Positions 12,448-25,599 of a DNA stretch of 64,000 nucleotides are shown here, piece by piece. The stretch is from Leucoraja erinacea (lineage: Eukaryota), in the NCBI RefSeq assembly GCF_028641065.1, contig NC_073391.1, forward strand, positions 45,508,001 through 45,572,000, read 5' to 3'. How positions within the stretch are numbered: position 1 is the stretch's first letter; each line of letters begins with the position of its first letter. The position numbers and the translations under genes were made by a program. The notes under the pieces are model-generated. The model did no database searches. It was not told the origin of the DNA and worked only from the letters and a program-made list of their open reading frames with translations.

Positions 12448-13740
12448 TGGTGTAAGGGAACAGTGACCGAACAAGAGGATTTAAATCACTCCCAGCCACA
12501 AAAGTAGTAAAGTCCCTGTCTAATGTCTGAAGGATGGTTTCGACCCGAAATATCATCTGTTTCTTTTCTGAGTCTGATGCAGGGTCTCAACCCATTCCTT
12601 TTCTCCAGAGATGCTGCCTGACCCGTTGAGTTACTCCAACATTTTGTGTCTATCTTCGGTGTAAACCAGTATCTGCTGTTCCTTCCTACACGCAATGTAA
12701 TTGGGTCCTGTGATTTCTTCCTTGGAAACATCAACAACCCATTATCTGTTATCAGTAAAATATTTGCTTTGTAGAAAACTTACAAACTCTCGCGTTGGCT
12801 CAGTCAATTATCAAACCCTTTCTCATACATGTAGAACATACGGATGGTTTCGCTCTCTGTGTGTATGCCGAGATGACTTCGATGGCTGTCAAATGTTTTA
12901 AATGTCTTTCCATAATTTGCCTTTGGGACCATCTCCACCTGAGAGTGTTAAACACGCTGCCTTGCTGTCGACTCTCCAGATTGAATTTATTCCTCCATAG
13001 GCAAACATTGTTCCTCGCACGAAATTTGGACGTTGATGCACCAAATGACCCCGTCAGATTTTGATGTGGTATTTGATTTGAAGCAACCTCTCCTTTTGCA
13101 ATTTTCTGTTGAAGAATGAAAAAATATATGCATATCACAGAGTAGAGGAGAGAAATTCAGAATGGACGATAGGTTAGCTGTAATTTCAGGGTAGCTATGA
13201 TTGAGAAGCTTCCGTTTTAAGTCTAATTCATAAACCTGAGCTCAAACGTCTAGCCAATCGATCCAGTTCAATACTGAGTGCCTTCTCCCCATAACCTTTG
13301 ATGCCCTTAGAAACATAGAAAATAGGGGCAGGAGTAGGCCATTCGGCCCTTCGAGCCTGCAACACCATTCAATATGATCACGGCTGATCATCCAACTCAG
13401 TATCCTGTACCTGCCTTCTCTCCATAGCCCCTGATCCCTTTAGCCACAAGGACCACATCTAACTCCATACCAGTCTATCAATCCAGGGCTGCCAACCCTC
13501 ACGCATTGAGTGTGAGAATCAAGCATTTCATGCTCTCACGCTGATCACAGAATTTATCACGCTCAAAAAACAAAATAAATAAAGATAAAAAATAAAGAAA
13601 GTCACAAACAATTCGATTCGCCCAAGGCTTCCAGATCTCCTCCACACTCTCCAATGAGAATAGTTTTCTGTCGGCGGGTTTCCCGTAAAGAACGAGCAAT
13701 TTGATTGGCTTAAGCCCATCGCACGCTATTTAAAATGGCA

Positions 13741-13910
13741 TGGTAGACAAAAATGCAGGAGAAACTCAGCGGGTGAAGAAGTCTGAAGAAGGGTCTCGAC
13801 CCGAAACGCCGCCTATTCCTTCGCTCCATAGATGCTGCCTCACCCGCCGAGTTTCTACAGCTCTTTTGTCTACCTTCGATTTTTCCAGCATCTTCAGTTC
13901 TATCTTAAAC
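13741..13910 (+). mobile_element. Short Penelope-derived insert with inverted 5' arm, hammerhead-like core and 13-bp TSD
   Basis: ATTTAAAATGGCA at 13728-13740 and 13911-13923; CTGAAGAAGGGTCTCGACCCGAAACG at 13783. Confidence 0.8.
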
Positions 13911-14458
13911 ATTTAAAATGGCAATGTAACTGCAGTACTAATTATTCCATTTGACATTCATGGAACCAAATGTGATACACCTTACTTGGATGGCCTGAAA
14001 TTAAAGTATATAATTAGTTAATTACCTAATTAAGTAGCTAAATACAAAACTGTTGTGACGGAAATAGTAATACCCAGACTGCCTTGAAAATTCAAAAATG
14101 TGATATTCTCAAGGTCAGGACTTTAATATTAATGTAACATTAAAACAAATAGTAAATATCCAACAAAAAAATTATATTAATCATTGTCATCAAATCAATT
14201 CATCTAAATTCAATTACTAGATCTTAACATCTATCCCATGCTTAAGAAAAGGCTAATAAAATGTTTTAAATATCCAAAGTATCCAAATAACAAACTGATC
14301 CCATTCACACAAGAATTCACAATATAACATGATTTTTAAATCTCACTTTGTCATGAATTTCTATGCCAAATGGAAGGAATTGAATGTTTAATTCCCATAA
14401 ATGTTACTCTTTCTCACTGCAGCAGGCAAGGGCCGTTTTACACAGACATTTGTTCAAA

Positions 14459-14748
14459 ATTCAGAAACATCCACTCTCAAGATAATCAAAATCATTATTT
14501 TTTGCACAATCATGTCATTAAGAACATCGAAATTATCTATATTTTGTGTTACTGTCTATCCACGAATCAATATTTTCACACTAAACATCTCACTAAAACT
14601 TTACTGTGGAAGTTTTCAGATATTTAGTATGAAAATATTGATCACGGATAGACAATAACATAAAATATAGATATTTAGATGTTCTTATGACATGATTGTG
14701 CAAAAATATAATGAACTTGATTATCTTGAGAGTGGCTGTTTCTGGATT
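14459..14748. repeat. Imperfect AT-rich inverted repeat (~290 bp hairpin) inside the DNA transposon
   Basis: CCACTCTCAAGATAATCAA / TTGATTATCTTGAGAGTGG and TTGCACAATCATGTCAT / ATGACATGATTGTGCAA pair around a centre at ~14605. Confidence 0.85.
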
Positions 14749-15411
14749 CTGATCGATCGGAATGTGGCCGCAATTTTTATCATTTAAGCCCCTATCGGCA
14801 GGCAAGACATGGCCGATATTGTATTGGGGCCTAAATAACATTTTTCGCATCATCAGATTAAAATGAAACCACACCAAAAAGCAAGAAAATGTGTTAAATA
14901 TACAACATTCCTTTTGTTTTGTCCTGCACTTGCGATCCGTGATGTTGAAGGCGTTAGAAGTCACGTTTAACTTCAATCCAGCGATGCAATAGACCAGCAA
15001 TTTAAAAAAAAAAAGGGCGGGACAGCAGATCAAATATTTTTCATCAGCTTGAAGTCCGAGCAAATTCCTCTCCGACAACCAATACAGACCTGCATTTTAA
15101 TCCCCCCCCCCCCCACCAACAGCCTCCAAAATTGTACGCACAGGCGTGGGCAGATCTGGAGCGCCACTGATGGCAGGGTTTTGTGACAACGCTATACTAA
15201 GGTCATTCATGTGCTGCACCTGTTGATCAGAGCCTGGCTCTACTGTGGAATGCAATTAGGAATGTAATTTAGCCTAACCTTATTCATACCTAATCCAATT
15301 TAAAGCATAAATGTTGCATTCAAGTGTAAGTTAAAAGGCTCGCTACAGTATGCACCAGGTTGCACAATTTCAAACTAATAAAATGCAAAAACCCTACAGT
15401 AGGAGGGGAGG

Positions 15412-15444
<33 letters not shown>

Positions 15445-16029
15445 GGTCGCCAAGCTCCTTTGGGTTCGGTTGCTGCGCTCCCTCGCAATTTCTCACTCTC
15501 AACTCAACTCTCACCCAAAGTTGGCAACCCTGTCAATCTCCGTTTTAAAAATACCCAATGACTTGAGTTCCACAACTGTCTGTGGCAATGAATCAAAGAT
15601 AGACAGAAAAAGCTGGAGCAACTCACCGAGTCAGAGAGCATCTCTGGAGAAAAGAAATACGTGACGTTTCGGGTCAGGACGCTTCTTCAGACAATGACAA
15701 TGAATAATTTTCATAATGTGACTGCTGTGTTACCCGTAAAGAAATATTCACAGGCTTTTAAATATAACTGAGACAACGAAAGCAGTAATCTAGAGAAATG
15801 TCCCATCCCGGATCGTCAGCTATCCATGTTCTCCTCGGATGTATTTGTCTTTTTTTAAACATATTTAAAACCAAGCTTTCAACAGCCTGGGACATGCGTG
15901 GAACAGGCACCGCTCACAAGCACAAGAGCGTGATATCGGGGGGATGGCAATACCCTACTGGACTGTTCGTAGGATTAAGAATCTCGTTGTTTTAGCAATT
16001 CGGACGTGGTGATAAAGCCCTTGAACCAT

Positions 16030-16360
16030 TGTTTCAATGGCGACATATTTACCCAGACGGCTCGGCGCGCCGGACAGTGCCCTACCTGTGCAACGGAGAC
16101 CGGAAGTGGTCCACGGGGAGCGCGCGCGTACGGCGGATGTTACCAGAAGCTCGGCGGCGGTTGATGCTGGGACGCCGCTCTGATCAACATGGAAGCCGGC
16201 GGGCGAGACAGACAGGTGTGGGGCGGAGGAAGGCCGTGTGAGTGAGTGAGTGACCGAGCTGCGGCCCCGGCGCCACCGCCTCTTCCCCGGAGTCCGGCCG
16301 CCCAGCCGTCCCAGCATGCCGTGCGGTCCTGCGCATGCGCAACGCAGTAGCCCGTCCCAT
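16030..16360 (-). promoter_or_regulatory. CpG island, likely promoter and exon 1 of ZNF-4
   Basis: Perfect NRF1 site TGCGCATGCGCA 16330-16341; SBS-like TCCCAGCATGCC ~16309; CCGGAAGTG ~16100; minus-strand donor CAG|GTAGG at 16086; composite element at 16037. Confidence 0.7.
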
Positions 16361-16424
16361 TGTTGTACAGCGTCTGTGGAAGGAGTGGAGCCCAAAGATC
16401 CTCAGGCTGGCGATAGTCAACGGA

Positions 16425-17040
16425 CAATAGGTGCAGGAGTAGGCCATTTGGCCCTTCGAGCCAGCACCGCCACTCAATGTGATCATGGCTGATCATCCCG
16501 AATCGGTATCCCGTTCCTGCCTTCTCCGCTATTTTTAAGAGCCCTATCTAGCTCTCTCTTGAAAGCTGAAGCAAAGCAAGAATTTCATTGTCCTATACAG
16601 GGACACATGACAATAAACTCACTTGTACCTTGTACCTGCCTCCACCGCCCTCTGAGGCAGAGAATTCCACAGACTCACCACTCTCTGTGAGAAAAAGTGT
16701 TTCCTCGTCTCCGTTCTAAATGGCTTACTCCTTATTCTTAAACTGTGGCCCCTGGTTCCGGACTCTCCCAACATCGGTAACATGTTTCCTGCCTCTAGCG
16801 TGTCCAAGCCCTTAACAATCTTACATGTTTCAATGAGATACCCTCTCATGCTTCTAAACTCCAGAGTGTACAAGCCCAGCTGCTCCGTTTTCTCAGCATA
16901 TGACAGTCCCGCCATCCCGGGAATTAACCTGGTAAACCTACGCTGCACTCCCTCAATAGCAAGAATGGCCTTCCTCAAATTAGGGGACCAAAACTGCACA
17001 CAACATGGCAGGTGTGGTCTCACTAGGGTTCTGTACAACA
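16425..17040 (-). mobile_element. CR1 LINE 3' end (ORF2 C-terminus and 3'UTR)
   Basis: YRTLVRPHL..CVQFWSP..EGVQRRFTRLIPGM..TRGHSLRI..FFSQRVVSLWNSLP. Confidence 0.9.
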
Positions 17041-17151
17041 GTCAGACAGGAGGAAGCTGAAAGAGGGGAGGTTGGGGTGCAAAAGAGCCTTGTAAGTGAT
17101 AGAAACAAGGATGCTGGTTTACAAACCAAAGGACATAAAGTGCTGGAGTAA

Positions 17152-17345
17152 AGGGCCTGTCCCACTTTCGCGACCTCTGCCGGGTTTTCCCTTGACTCAT
17201 ACTCACAGCATGGGCATCAGGAAGTCGTGATGCTAGCCGTAGGTACTCGTGGCATCAAGTAGGTCGGGGCGTTTTTGTAGCCTGATGAAAAGTGTCCACG
17301 AGTAAAAAAGGTCGTGAATTCGGTTGTGAAAGTGGGACAGGCCCT
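17152..17345. mobile_element. PIF/Harbinger-type MITE, 194 bp, TAA TSD
   Basis: TIRs AGGGCCTGTCCCACTTTC / GAAAGTGGGACAGGCCCT; TAA at 17149-17151 and 17346-17348; splits a Penelope-derived repeat. Confidence 0.85.
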
Positions 17346-18689
17346 TAACGCAGCAGGTCAGAGAGCGTCTGTGGAGGGAATGCCCCCTTATTTCAGACTG
17401 ATGGTAGTACGGGTTGCAGTGGGGAGAAAGCTGTACATGGGAGATGGGGGCGGGACGAAGCCTTGAAAGTGATAGGTGGATAGAAAGACACAAAGTGTTG
17501 AAGTAACTCAGTGGGTCAGACAGCATTTGTGAAATGGCCGTTTCAGGTGTATTTCACTGTACCCTGTACATGGGAAAGAAACCATTGAAGTCAGGTGAGA
17601 GAAGGCTGAAAGAGGGTGGCAGTGATGCATCCATGTTCTCCAGAGATCTACCCGACACGCTGATTAACTCCAACTGCCTTTTTTGATGGTAAAGTAGTCA
17701 GGATCGAACCCGGGTCTCTGACGCTGTAATGGAGCAACTCTACTGCTGAGGCACCGTGTCGCTTGGTGTGGAATATTCATGACTGAGGTACCAATTAGGC
17801 TATGGTTGGTACTAATACTTGGGTTAAATTTTACTCATTTTGACCTAAGCTAAATAAAATCAGTTAATTTCAGCACTGTTTCCCGTGCACTTAATTTCTC
17901 CACAATGCAGGGAATGGTTGGTATACAAACGGACATTCAGCCCAGTCACAGAAGCAGAATTAAGCCGTTCGGTCCATCGAGTCTACTCCCTCATTCAATC
18001 ATAGCTGATCTATCTTTCCTCCTCAACTCCATTCTCAAGAACCTATCAATCTCTGCTTTAACAATACCCCATGACTAAGCCTCCATTGCTATCTGTAACA
18101 ATGAATTCCACAGATTCACCACCTCTGTCTATGTCATTATTTGGTAAGTTTCAATGCATCCCTCCTCATCTTTAAACAACCTGGGACTTTGTATTTGGGG
18201 AGAGATTCACTCAGTCCTACATGTTGAAACACCAACTAGTTCACACTGGGGATAAAGTTTTAACTTTACTGGTTGCGGACCATACTCACTAGGCTGCTTG
18301 CTTAATGCATATTTTCAAATTGCAATTTGATTCTAGAAACAAGGAACTGAAGATGCATGTTTGCAAAAAAAGACACTAAGTACCAGAGTAACTCAATGGT
18401 TCAGGCTTTGATCAACCATATGCCTATTATCCCCCCTCCCCCGTATCCATCTATCACTTGCCAGGCTTTGTCCCACCCCATCTCTTTTCGCACTTTCTTC
18501 CCTCCACCACAATCAGTCTGAAAGGTCCAGACCCAAAAGGTAGCCTATCCATATTTTCCAGAGATGTTGCATGATTTGCTGAGTTACTCCAGCATTTTGA
18601 GTCATTTTTGTCTGCCTATTCCTTGCTTTACCCCCTTCCAACTTTCTTAGGGACAGGTGTTACATCTCGTGCAGCTGCAGGGAAAATTT

Positions 18690-18982
18690 ATACCTGCATT
18701 AAGAAGGCATTTAAACACACCTGATCAATTACAAACAGCTGTGAAGCTATGTGTCCCAAACAGTATGGTGCCCTGAAATAGGACTATGTATAAACACTGC
18801 TACTGTCTATTGTAATTTCTACATGGTGAAACCAAAATGTATAGAAATGTCCTTTATTAAAATCTGACAATATGCACTTTAACCACATGTGATTTTTTTT
18901 ATTACAAATCTCAAATTGTGGAGTACAGACGGCAATAAATAAATGATGGGTCTTTGTCCCAAACATTATGGAGGGCACTCTA
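18690..18982. mobile_element. Terminal arm of the Tc1-family transposon
   Basis: TTTGTCCCAAACATTATGGAGGGCA matches the right end of the 43238-44841 element. Confidence 0.8.
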
Positions 18983-19171
18983 CTTCAGCACTCTTTGTGC
19001 TTTCCTCCAGACACTACCCAACCTACTGAGTTACTCTAGCAATGTGTACTGTATTCCCCTCCATAAATGCTGCCCGACCTGCTGAGTTACTCTAATACAG
19101 TGCGTTTCCCTCCACACACGTTGCCTGACCCAAGTTACTGCAGCGGTACCCGACTCGCTGAGCTTCCCCAA

Positions 19172-20005
19172 TAGGGAGGTTTCACGGCAGTCGGGCATGA
19201 CCCATGACCCGTACCGTTGCTACGCTACTCCAAATGGATTACATGCGATGAACTGGAGGTAGGCACTAACCATTGTTTCCAGCGTAGCGGGCCTGTTAAA
19301 ACCCGCTGAAATTGTCAATTTTTGCGCTGTAAATAATTATGGAAATCGGGATAAGCGTGAGAGACATTTAGCCTACTTCAGAATTCCAAAAGTGAGGAGA
19401 AATGACAGTAGATAGAAACAAGAGCTGAAGGGACAACAACAGCCAGAGTGCTTGGCGAACATTGGCCGTTTGCTCACTGCATTTCATCAACTAAGGCATT
19501 ATTTGTGTTTTTTCTTGATTCCTTTGGCATCTAAATAGTTTCAGAAATGAGAAATCTGGCTGTAATTTTTTTTAATCGCCAATGGTTCTCGTGGGTTTTT
19601 ACATACAAAATGAAAACGCAACTGAAGAAAAATTTACAGCCAGATTTATCACTTGAGAATTTTTAGATGCCAAAGGAATCAAGAAAAAACACAAATATTA
19701 CCTTACTTGATGAAATGCAGTGAGCAAACGCGATAATTCCCAATATTTTCAATGTTTACCAAGCACTTTAGCTGCTGTAGTCCCTTCATTTCGCTTCACG
19801 TTTGGAATTCTGAAGTTGGGTGCATGTCTCTCACACTTACCCCGACTCCCACAATTTTTTTCAGCGCAAAAATTCAACATTTTGGCGGTTTTAACAAGTA
19901 CACGTTTCTAGCATTAATAACATATATCGGAAGTGACGGATGTCTTCCAGTTGGATTTAGTTCGTCAAGCCCTATGACCCATTGACCTTTCGTGCAATCA
20001 CCCTA
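19172..20005. mobile_element. Palindromic MITE-like element (~830 bp, ~300 bp internal arms), unclassified
   Basis: Ends TAGGGAGGTTTCACG / CGTGCAATCACCCTA; inner arms ACTTCAGAATTCCAAA / TTTGGAATTCTGAAGT and TTTCTTGATTCCTTTGGCATCTAAA / TTTAGATGCCAAAGGAATCAAGAAA. Confidence 0.75.
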
Positions 20006-20169
20006 TACTGTGTTACCGTCACATACGCTGCCTGGCCCGCTGAGTTGCTCCAGCACTGTGTGTGTGTGTTACCCTCCACATTTATGCTGCCAGACCCACT
20101 GAGTTACTCCAGTAGAGTACTGTATTCCGCTCCACAGATGCTGCCCGACCCGCTGGGTTACCCCAACAG

Positions 20170-20690
20170 TGTCACTCCCGCCGTCGCGCTACCCAGACGC
20201 CCCCGCGCCGCAGAAACCCCTCTATCCCGGCGCCGGGGTCAGCAAGGCGCATGCGCCGCCCAGGATCCGGGGCCCGGCTGGCGGCGCGACCCTCGGTAAG
20301 GAGCGGGGAGCCGGAGCCCCCCGGAAGCGGGCGGAACCCCTGGGGAATCCTCGAGAGCGGGCGGGGAGATCCCTGGTAGCGGTCCGGTACCGATTACTGC
20401 CCCCGATCTCCGGCAGCTCCTCGCTGCGGTCTCAACCCGTTGCCCCGGCCCTCGGCCTCCAGCGAACTCCCGCTCTGCCTGGAGACGGACCTTTGCCCCG
20501 CTTTGTCCCGCCCTCGTCGCTCCTGGACCTTCCTTCTCCGCTCCCCGCACCAAAGCTCTTGCTCCAGTATCTTCGGTCCGCACCAAGCGTGCTCGCTTCC
20601 GGTTCTCGGCGCATGCGCCCTCGCTTCCGCTGCACCGACATGGGGCGCTTTCTCTGGCGGATGATTTGTGGTGCAACACAGGCGCCATTC
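20170..20690 (+). promoter_or_regulatory. CpG island, promoter and exon 1 of ZNF-5
   Basis: GCGCATGCGC at ~20248 and ~20609; SBS-like TACCCAGACGC at 20190; donor TCG|GTAAGG at 20295/20296. Confidence 0.7.
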
Positions 20691-20696
20691 GTAAAC

Positions 20697-20830
20697 AAAA
20701 ATGCTGGAGAAACTTTTCGGGCCGAAACGTTGCCTATTTCCTTCGCTCCATAGATGCTGCTGCACCCGCTGAGTTTCTCCAGCATTTTTGTGTACCTTCG
20801 ATTTTCCAGCATCTGCAGTTCCTTCTTAAA
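20697..20830 (+). mobile_element. Short Penelope-derived insert with 14-bp TSD
   Basis: CGCCATTCGTAAAC at 20683-20696 and 20831-20844. Confidence 0.8.
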
Positions 20831-23084
20831 CGCCATTCGTAAACCCTCGTATTACGCGCCTCTTTGGAATGGATTTGCATGATAGCGGACTGTGGCTTTT
20901 AGTTACACCGCGGAGGCCGTTGACATTTACAAGGCATTGAATTCGACAAGGAATTAACATTGACAAGCCATTGAAATTGACACCTTATTGAAATTCACAC
21001 CTTATTGAAATTGACAAGCCATTGCTTCCATGGACACAATTTTCTTAAACAATGTAACAAACAGCGTGTAGTAATTTTAACTTGCAGTAATAAAAATATG
21101 TTTACCTGTTAAAAAGTGCATTCAGCAAGTTAGGCAGGTTAGTGGAAGAAGAAATGGAGTTAACTTTTTAAGGGCAAAGTCCTTTCACCCTGAAGTCCGG
21201 GAGTGGTCATCTCACAGAGGGTTTCCTCACCTCAGCAGCAGGGCAGCAGTTATAGCCGTTCCTCAGCTGCACTCTGTGGTGAGGGAGGTCCCACTGGGCT
21301 CTCAGTGACAGGGCTTCAATGATTTTGACCTGGCGCCCGGGCAGTGAAGTCAATGGGGAAAATAAACTCTCACTTGGTTATAACGGTCAATCTGCAATAA
21401 CGGGCACCATTCCCCCCCCCCCCCCCCCCAGTCCATTATAGCGAGGGTTTACTGTAATGCCTCAAAGCTGTAAATTGGAGGTGTGACTGGCCAGCTGCTG
21501 CTGAGAGTGCACGTAAAATTGACCTGAACTGGATTTCTACCTTGCATTCAGCCAAGTCTCTAGTAAAATGTAGACTGGGAACTGCAGATGCAGATTTACT
21601 TTTTTTTTTTTTAAATAAAGTGCTAGAGTAATTCATCGGGTCAGGCAGCATCTATGCAGAACATGTAGAGACGATGTTTTGGGTTGGGATCCTTCTTCAA
21701 AAAGAAATAAAAGGTCTTTTGTAAATTTCTTTAAAGGTTAACAGAAGAGGAAGATGCCATGAATCAGAACATTTGTCGCCCTGAAAGGAGATCGTTCCGC
21801 CCAGAATAGAGGCCTCCTGGCAATGAATGCTTCAAGTATGGTTGATATGTAAAGATCTTTTTTGTTTCTATTCACTCCTTCAGCTCGTGAGTTTCTCCCA
21901 CTATCCTCTGATCCCTTCCGCCTACATCCTTTCCTCTGGCTTCACTTTTCACCCCTGGCCTTTGTACATCCATCTGTCCACCAATGCCCACCCCCCTCCC
22001 CCCCACACTTACCTGAATCCACCTATCACTCGCCTCACCTCTCTTTCCAGCTTTCTTCTCTTTTCTCTTCACACCCCCCCCCCCGACTCCAACCAGTCTG
22101 AAGAAGGGTCCTGACCTGAATCATCACCTATCCATGTCATCCAGAGCTCCTGCCTGACCCGAGTTACTCCAACATTTCAGTCTTTTTTTGTAAACCAGCA
22201 CCTGCAGTTCCATGCATCGATGTTGTCTTGATTGGATCAGTCTGAGGAAGAATCCCAATCGAAAAGTTGGCATATCCATCTCCCTCCACAGACGCTGCCT
22301 GCCCCATTGAGTTCCTCCAGCACTTTGCCATTTTCTCTGCTTAGAGATTCCAGTATCTGCAGTTCCTCGTGTCCCCTTCCCGGGTCGACGGCAGTCGCCC
22401 TGATTTAGCCGAAAGAGAGGAGAGGAAAGTGGAGACAATTTTGGATCGGGGTTCGGAAGCACCCGGGGATTTAACCGGGCAGAAAGGGCCTTTGGAGGGT
22501 CACCAGCGGGGCACCGGCTGTGGAAGGAGGCAGAGACGCAGACCCCGTCGGAGATTACAACCACACGTAAGGTCTCACACACTGGGCTGTGGTCACCACG
22601 GGTTAGACCCTGTGGTCAGAGGCCCGACACACTACAAATAATCTACAAACCGGATGCTCGTTTCCTCCCACAGTCACAGCGTGAAAACAGGCCCTTCGGC
22701 CTTCCGAGTCCATGCCGACCATCAATAACTCGTTCACACTAGTTCTGTTATCCTACTTTCTCATCCACCACCAATTTACAGAGGCCAACTCAACCTACAA
22801 ATCAGCACGTCTTTGGGATGTGGGAGGGAATGGGAATAGCGTCATAGCTGCCTAACAGCTTGGGTTTTGTCTGTGTCAAACTCAACATTGACGTGAAATG
22901 TTGATCATGTTTCTCTCTCCACAGAGGCTGCCTTACCTGGTGATTTGGGTTTGGGGACAGCTCCATCCAAGACCGCAGGACATTACAGAGTTCTAGATGT
23001 AGCCCAGAGCATCACATAAAGCGACACCCCTTCCATTGACATTGTCTACACTTCACACTGCCTTGGCATTTGACAGAGTGGGCG

Positions 23085-23678
23085 ATGGAGGATTCGGGCA
23101 GCTTGGACCAAACGATGGCTCGGGACGGGTCCGGGACGTTGGATCGGCAGGAAGAGGAGCATTGCCAGGAAGAGGATGGGTGGTTCCCATGCGGGGAAGG
23201 TGACCGGGGAGTCACGCAGGCGGACGGACTGGCCGGGCAACCGCGCAGCCCAGGCGGGGAGAAGCCGTGGAAATGCGGGGACTGCGGGAAGGGCTTCAGC
23301 TACCCGTCGCAGCTGGAGATGCACCGGCGCAGCCACACGGGCGAGAGGCCGTTCACCTGCTCCATCTGCGGCAAGGGCTTCACCCAGCTGAGCCACCTGC
23401 CCCGGCACTACCAGGTCCACTTTGTGGAGAGACTGTTCAACTGCTCCGTGTGCGGCAAGGGCTTCACCCAGTCCTCCAGCCTCCTGACCCACCAGCGGCT
23501 CCACACCGGCGAGAGGCCCTTCGTCTGCTCCACCTGCGGAAAGCGCTTCACCCGCTCCTCCCACCTGCTGGCTCACCAGCGGGTCCACACCGGCGAGCGC
23601 CCCTTCTCCTGCCCGCTCTGCGGCAAGAGCTTCCGCAGCTCCTCCAACCTCAGCAAGCACCAGCGGGTCCACAAGTGA
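23085..23678 (+). CDS. C2H2 zinc-finger protein ZNF-5, 5 fingers plus acidic N-terminus and one degenerate finger
   Basis: Acceptor TTTGACAG| at 23076; ATG in GCGATGG context at 23085; AATAAA 23862-23867. Confidence 0.9.
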   Translation: MEDSGSLDQTMARDGSGTLDRQEEEHCQEEDGWFPCGEGDRGVTQADGLAGQPRSPGGEKPWKCGDCGKGFSYPSQLEMHRRSHTGERPFTCSICGKGFTQLSHLPRHYQVHFVERLFNCSVCGKGFTQSSSLLTHQRLHTGERPFVCSTCGKRFTRSSHLLAHQRVHTGERPFSCPLCGKSFRSSSNLSKHQRVHK

Positions 23679-25599
23679 GCGGCGGCCATGGATCCCATCC
23701 GTCCCTGACTGAAGCGAGATCACTTCACACAACGGCACCTCTACCTTAGTGGGGTGACCAGGATTAAACCTAAACGACAGCATTTAGTGCAAGATAAAGC
23801 CCGATCACTGATAAGCGATGATAGTTCACATGTCAAATGTCAGGATAACCAGGCTGTGGCAAATAAACCAGCATTGGATGCCCGCCAGGCTGTGTTTTTA
23901 ATGTGTGTGACTTTTGCAGTAAGTGGCAGGGCCTTGAGGAGTGTTTTATTTTAGTTTTGTATATTATTGTCACATGTAGCAGATACCTGATGCTGTTACC
24001 CATGATGCTACCCAGTCAACGAAAAGACTAGCGTACATATACAGGAAAAAGTGTACAGCATTTAGTGCAAGATAAAGTCCAGTATTGTGCGATTAATAGA
24101 CAATAGGTGCATGAGTGGGCCATTCGGCTCATCGAGCCAGCACGGCCATTCACTGTGATCATGGCTGATCATCCACAATCAGTACCCTGTTCCTGCCTTC
24201 TCCCCATATCCCCTGACTCCACTGTCTTTAAGACAGTTTGAAGGTCTCCAATGACAAAAGGCACAACATTTAATGCAAGGTTTAATAATGAAGTCTGATA
24301 AAATTCGATTAAAGATAGTTCAAAAGTCACCAGTGGGGTAGATGGGAGGTCAGGACTGCTCTCTGACAAGGGAGTGGACAGTTTAGTTGCCCGATAAAGG
24401 CTGGGAAGAAACAGTCCTTGAATCTGAAGTATGCATTTTGAAACTTCTAAGCCTCTTGCCTGATGGGAGAGGGGAGAAGAGGATGCGACCAAGGTGAGAG
24501 TGGTCCTTGATTATGGAGCTGGTGCTTGTTTAGCTGAGAGATACAGTGCGGAAACAGGCCATTCGGACCAATGAGTCCGCACCAACCAGCAATCCCTGCA
24601 CAATAACACTATCCACAATACTAGGCACAATTTTTCACACATACACCAAGCCAATTAACCTACATACCTGTATGTCTTTGGACTGTGGGAAGAAACTGAA
24701 GAGCTCGGAGAAAACCTACACGATCACGGGGAGAACATACAAACTCCATACAGACAGCATGTGTAACCATAGTCTTTTAGAGCAGGGAGGGTGGGGGGGG
24801 GGGCGAAATCTTGGAGTGCAGGGGCAGTTCCCTGAGGATTTCTTTCATCCAGAGGATGGTGAATCTGTGGAATACATTGACCATAAACGTCACCTATCAT
24901 TCAGGATTCAGAAATTGATAGTTGCAGAGACTTGGGAGTGCTGGTGCAGGATTCCAAAAACGATTAATTTGCAAGTTGAGACAGCATTAATGAAGACAAA
25001 TGTGATGCATTCATCTCGAGGAGTTAGAATATTAAAACAAGAGTAATCCTGAGACTTTATAAGGCACTGATGAGGCCACATTTGGAATAGACAATAGGCG
25101 CAAGAGTAGGCCATTCGTCCCTTCGAGCCAGCATGACCATGACCATGGCTGATCATCCACAATCAGTACCCAGTTCCTGCCTTCTCGCCATAACTCCTGA
25201 CTCCATTATCTTTAAGAGCTCTATCTCTCTCTTGAAAGCATCCAGAGAATTGGCCTCCACTGCCTTCTGAGGCAGAGAATATTGTGATTAGTTTTGAACC
25301 CCATGAATGAGGAACGATGTGCTATGGCCACCGAGTGGATACCGACCAGCGAACGCTCCTTACGCACTAGCACTAGCCCCACGCAATGAGGACAATTTAC
25401 AAATTTAACAAAGCAAACTGTCCTACAAATCTGCACGTCTTTGGGGTGTGGAAGGAAGCCGAAGCATCCCGAGGAAACACACGCGGTCACAGGGAGAACG
25501 TGCAAACTCCACACAGACAGCACCCGTTATCAGGATCGAACCTAGGTACATGGCGCTGGAACTGGAAGGCAGCAATTCTACCACCGCGTCGCCCCCATC

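Larger units (their letters stand above)
13484..15532. mobile_element. Non-autonomous DNA transposon (hAT-like termini), ~2.05 kb, 6-bp TSD
   Basis: TIRs CAGGGCTGCCAAC / GTTGGCAACCCTG; TCAATC at 13478-13483 and 15533-15538; inserted in CR1 3' sequence. Confidence 0.7.
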
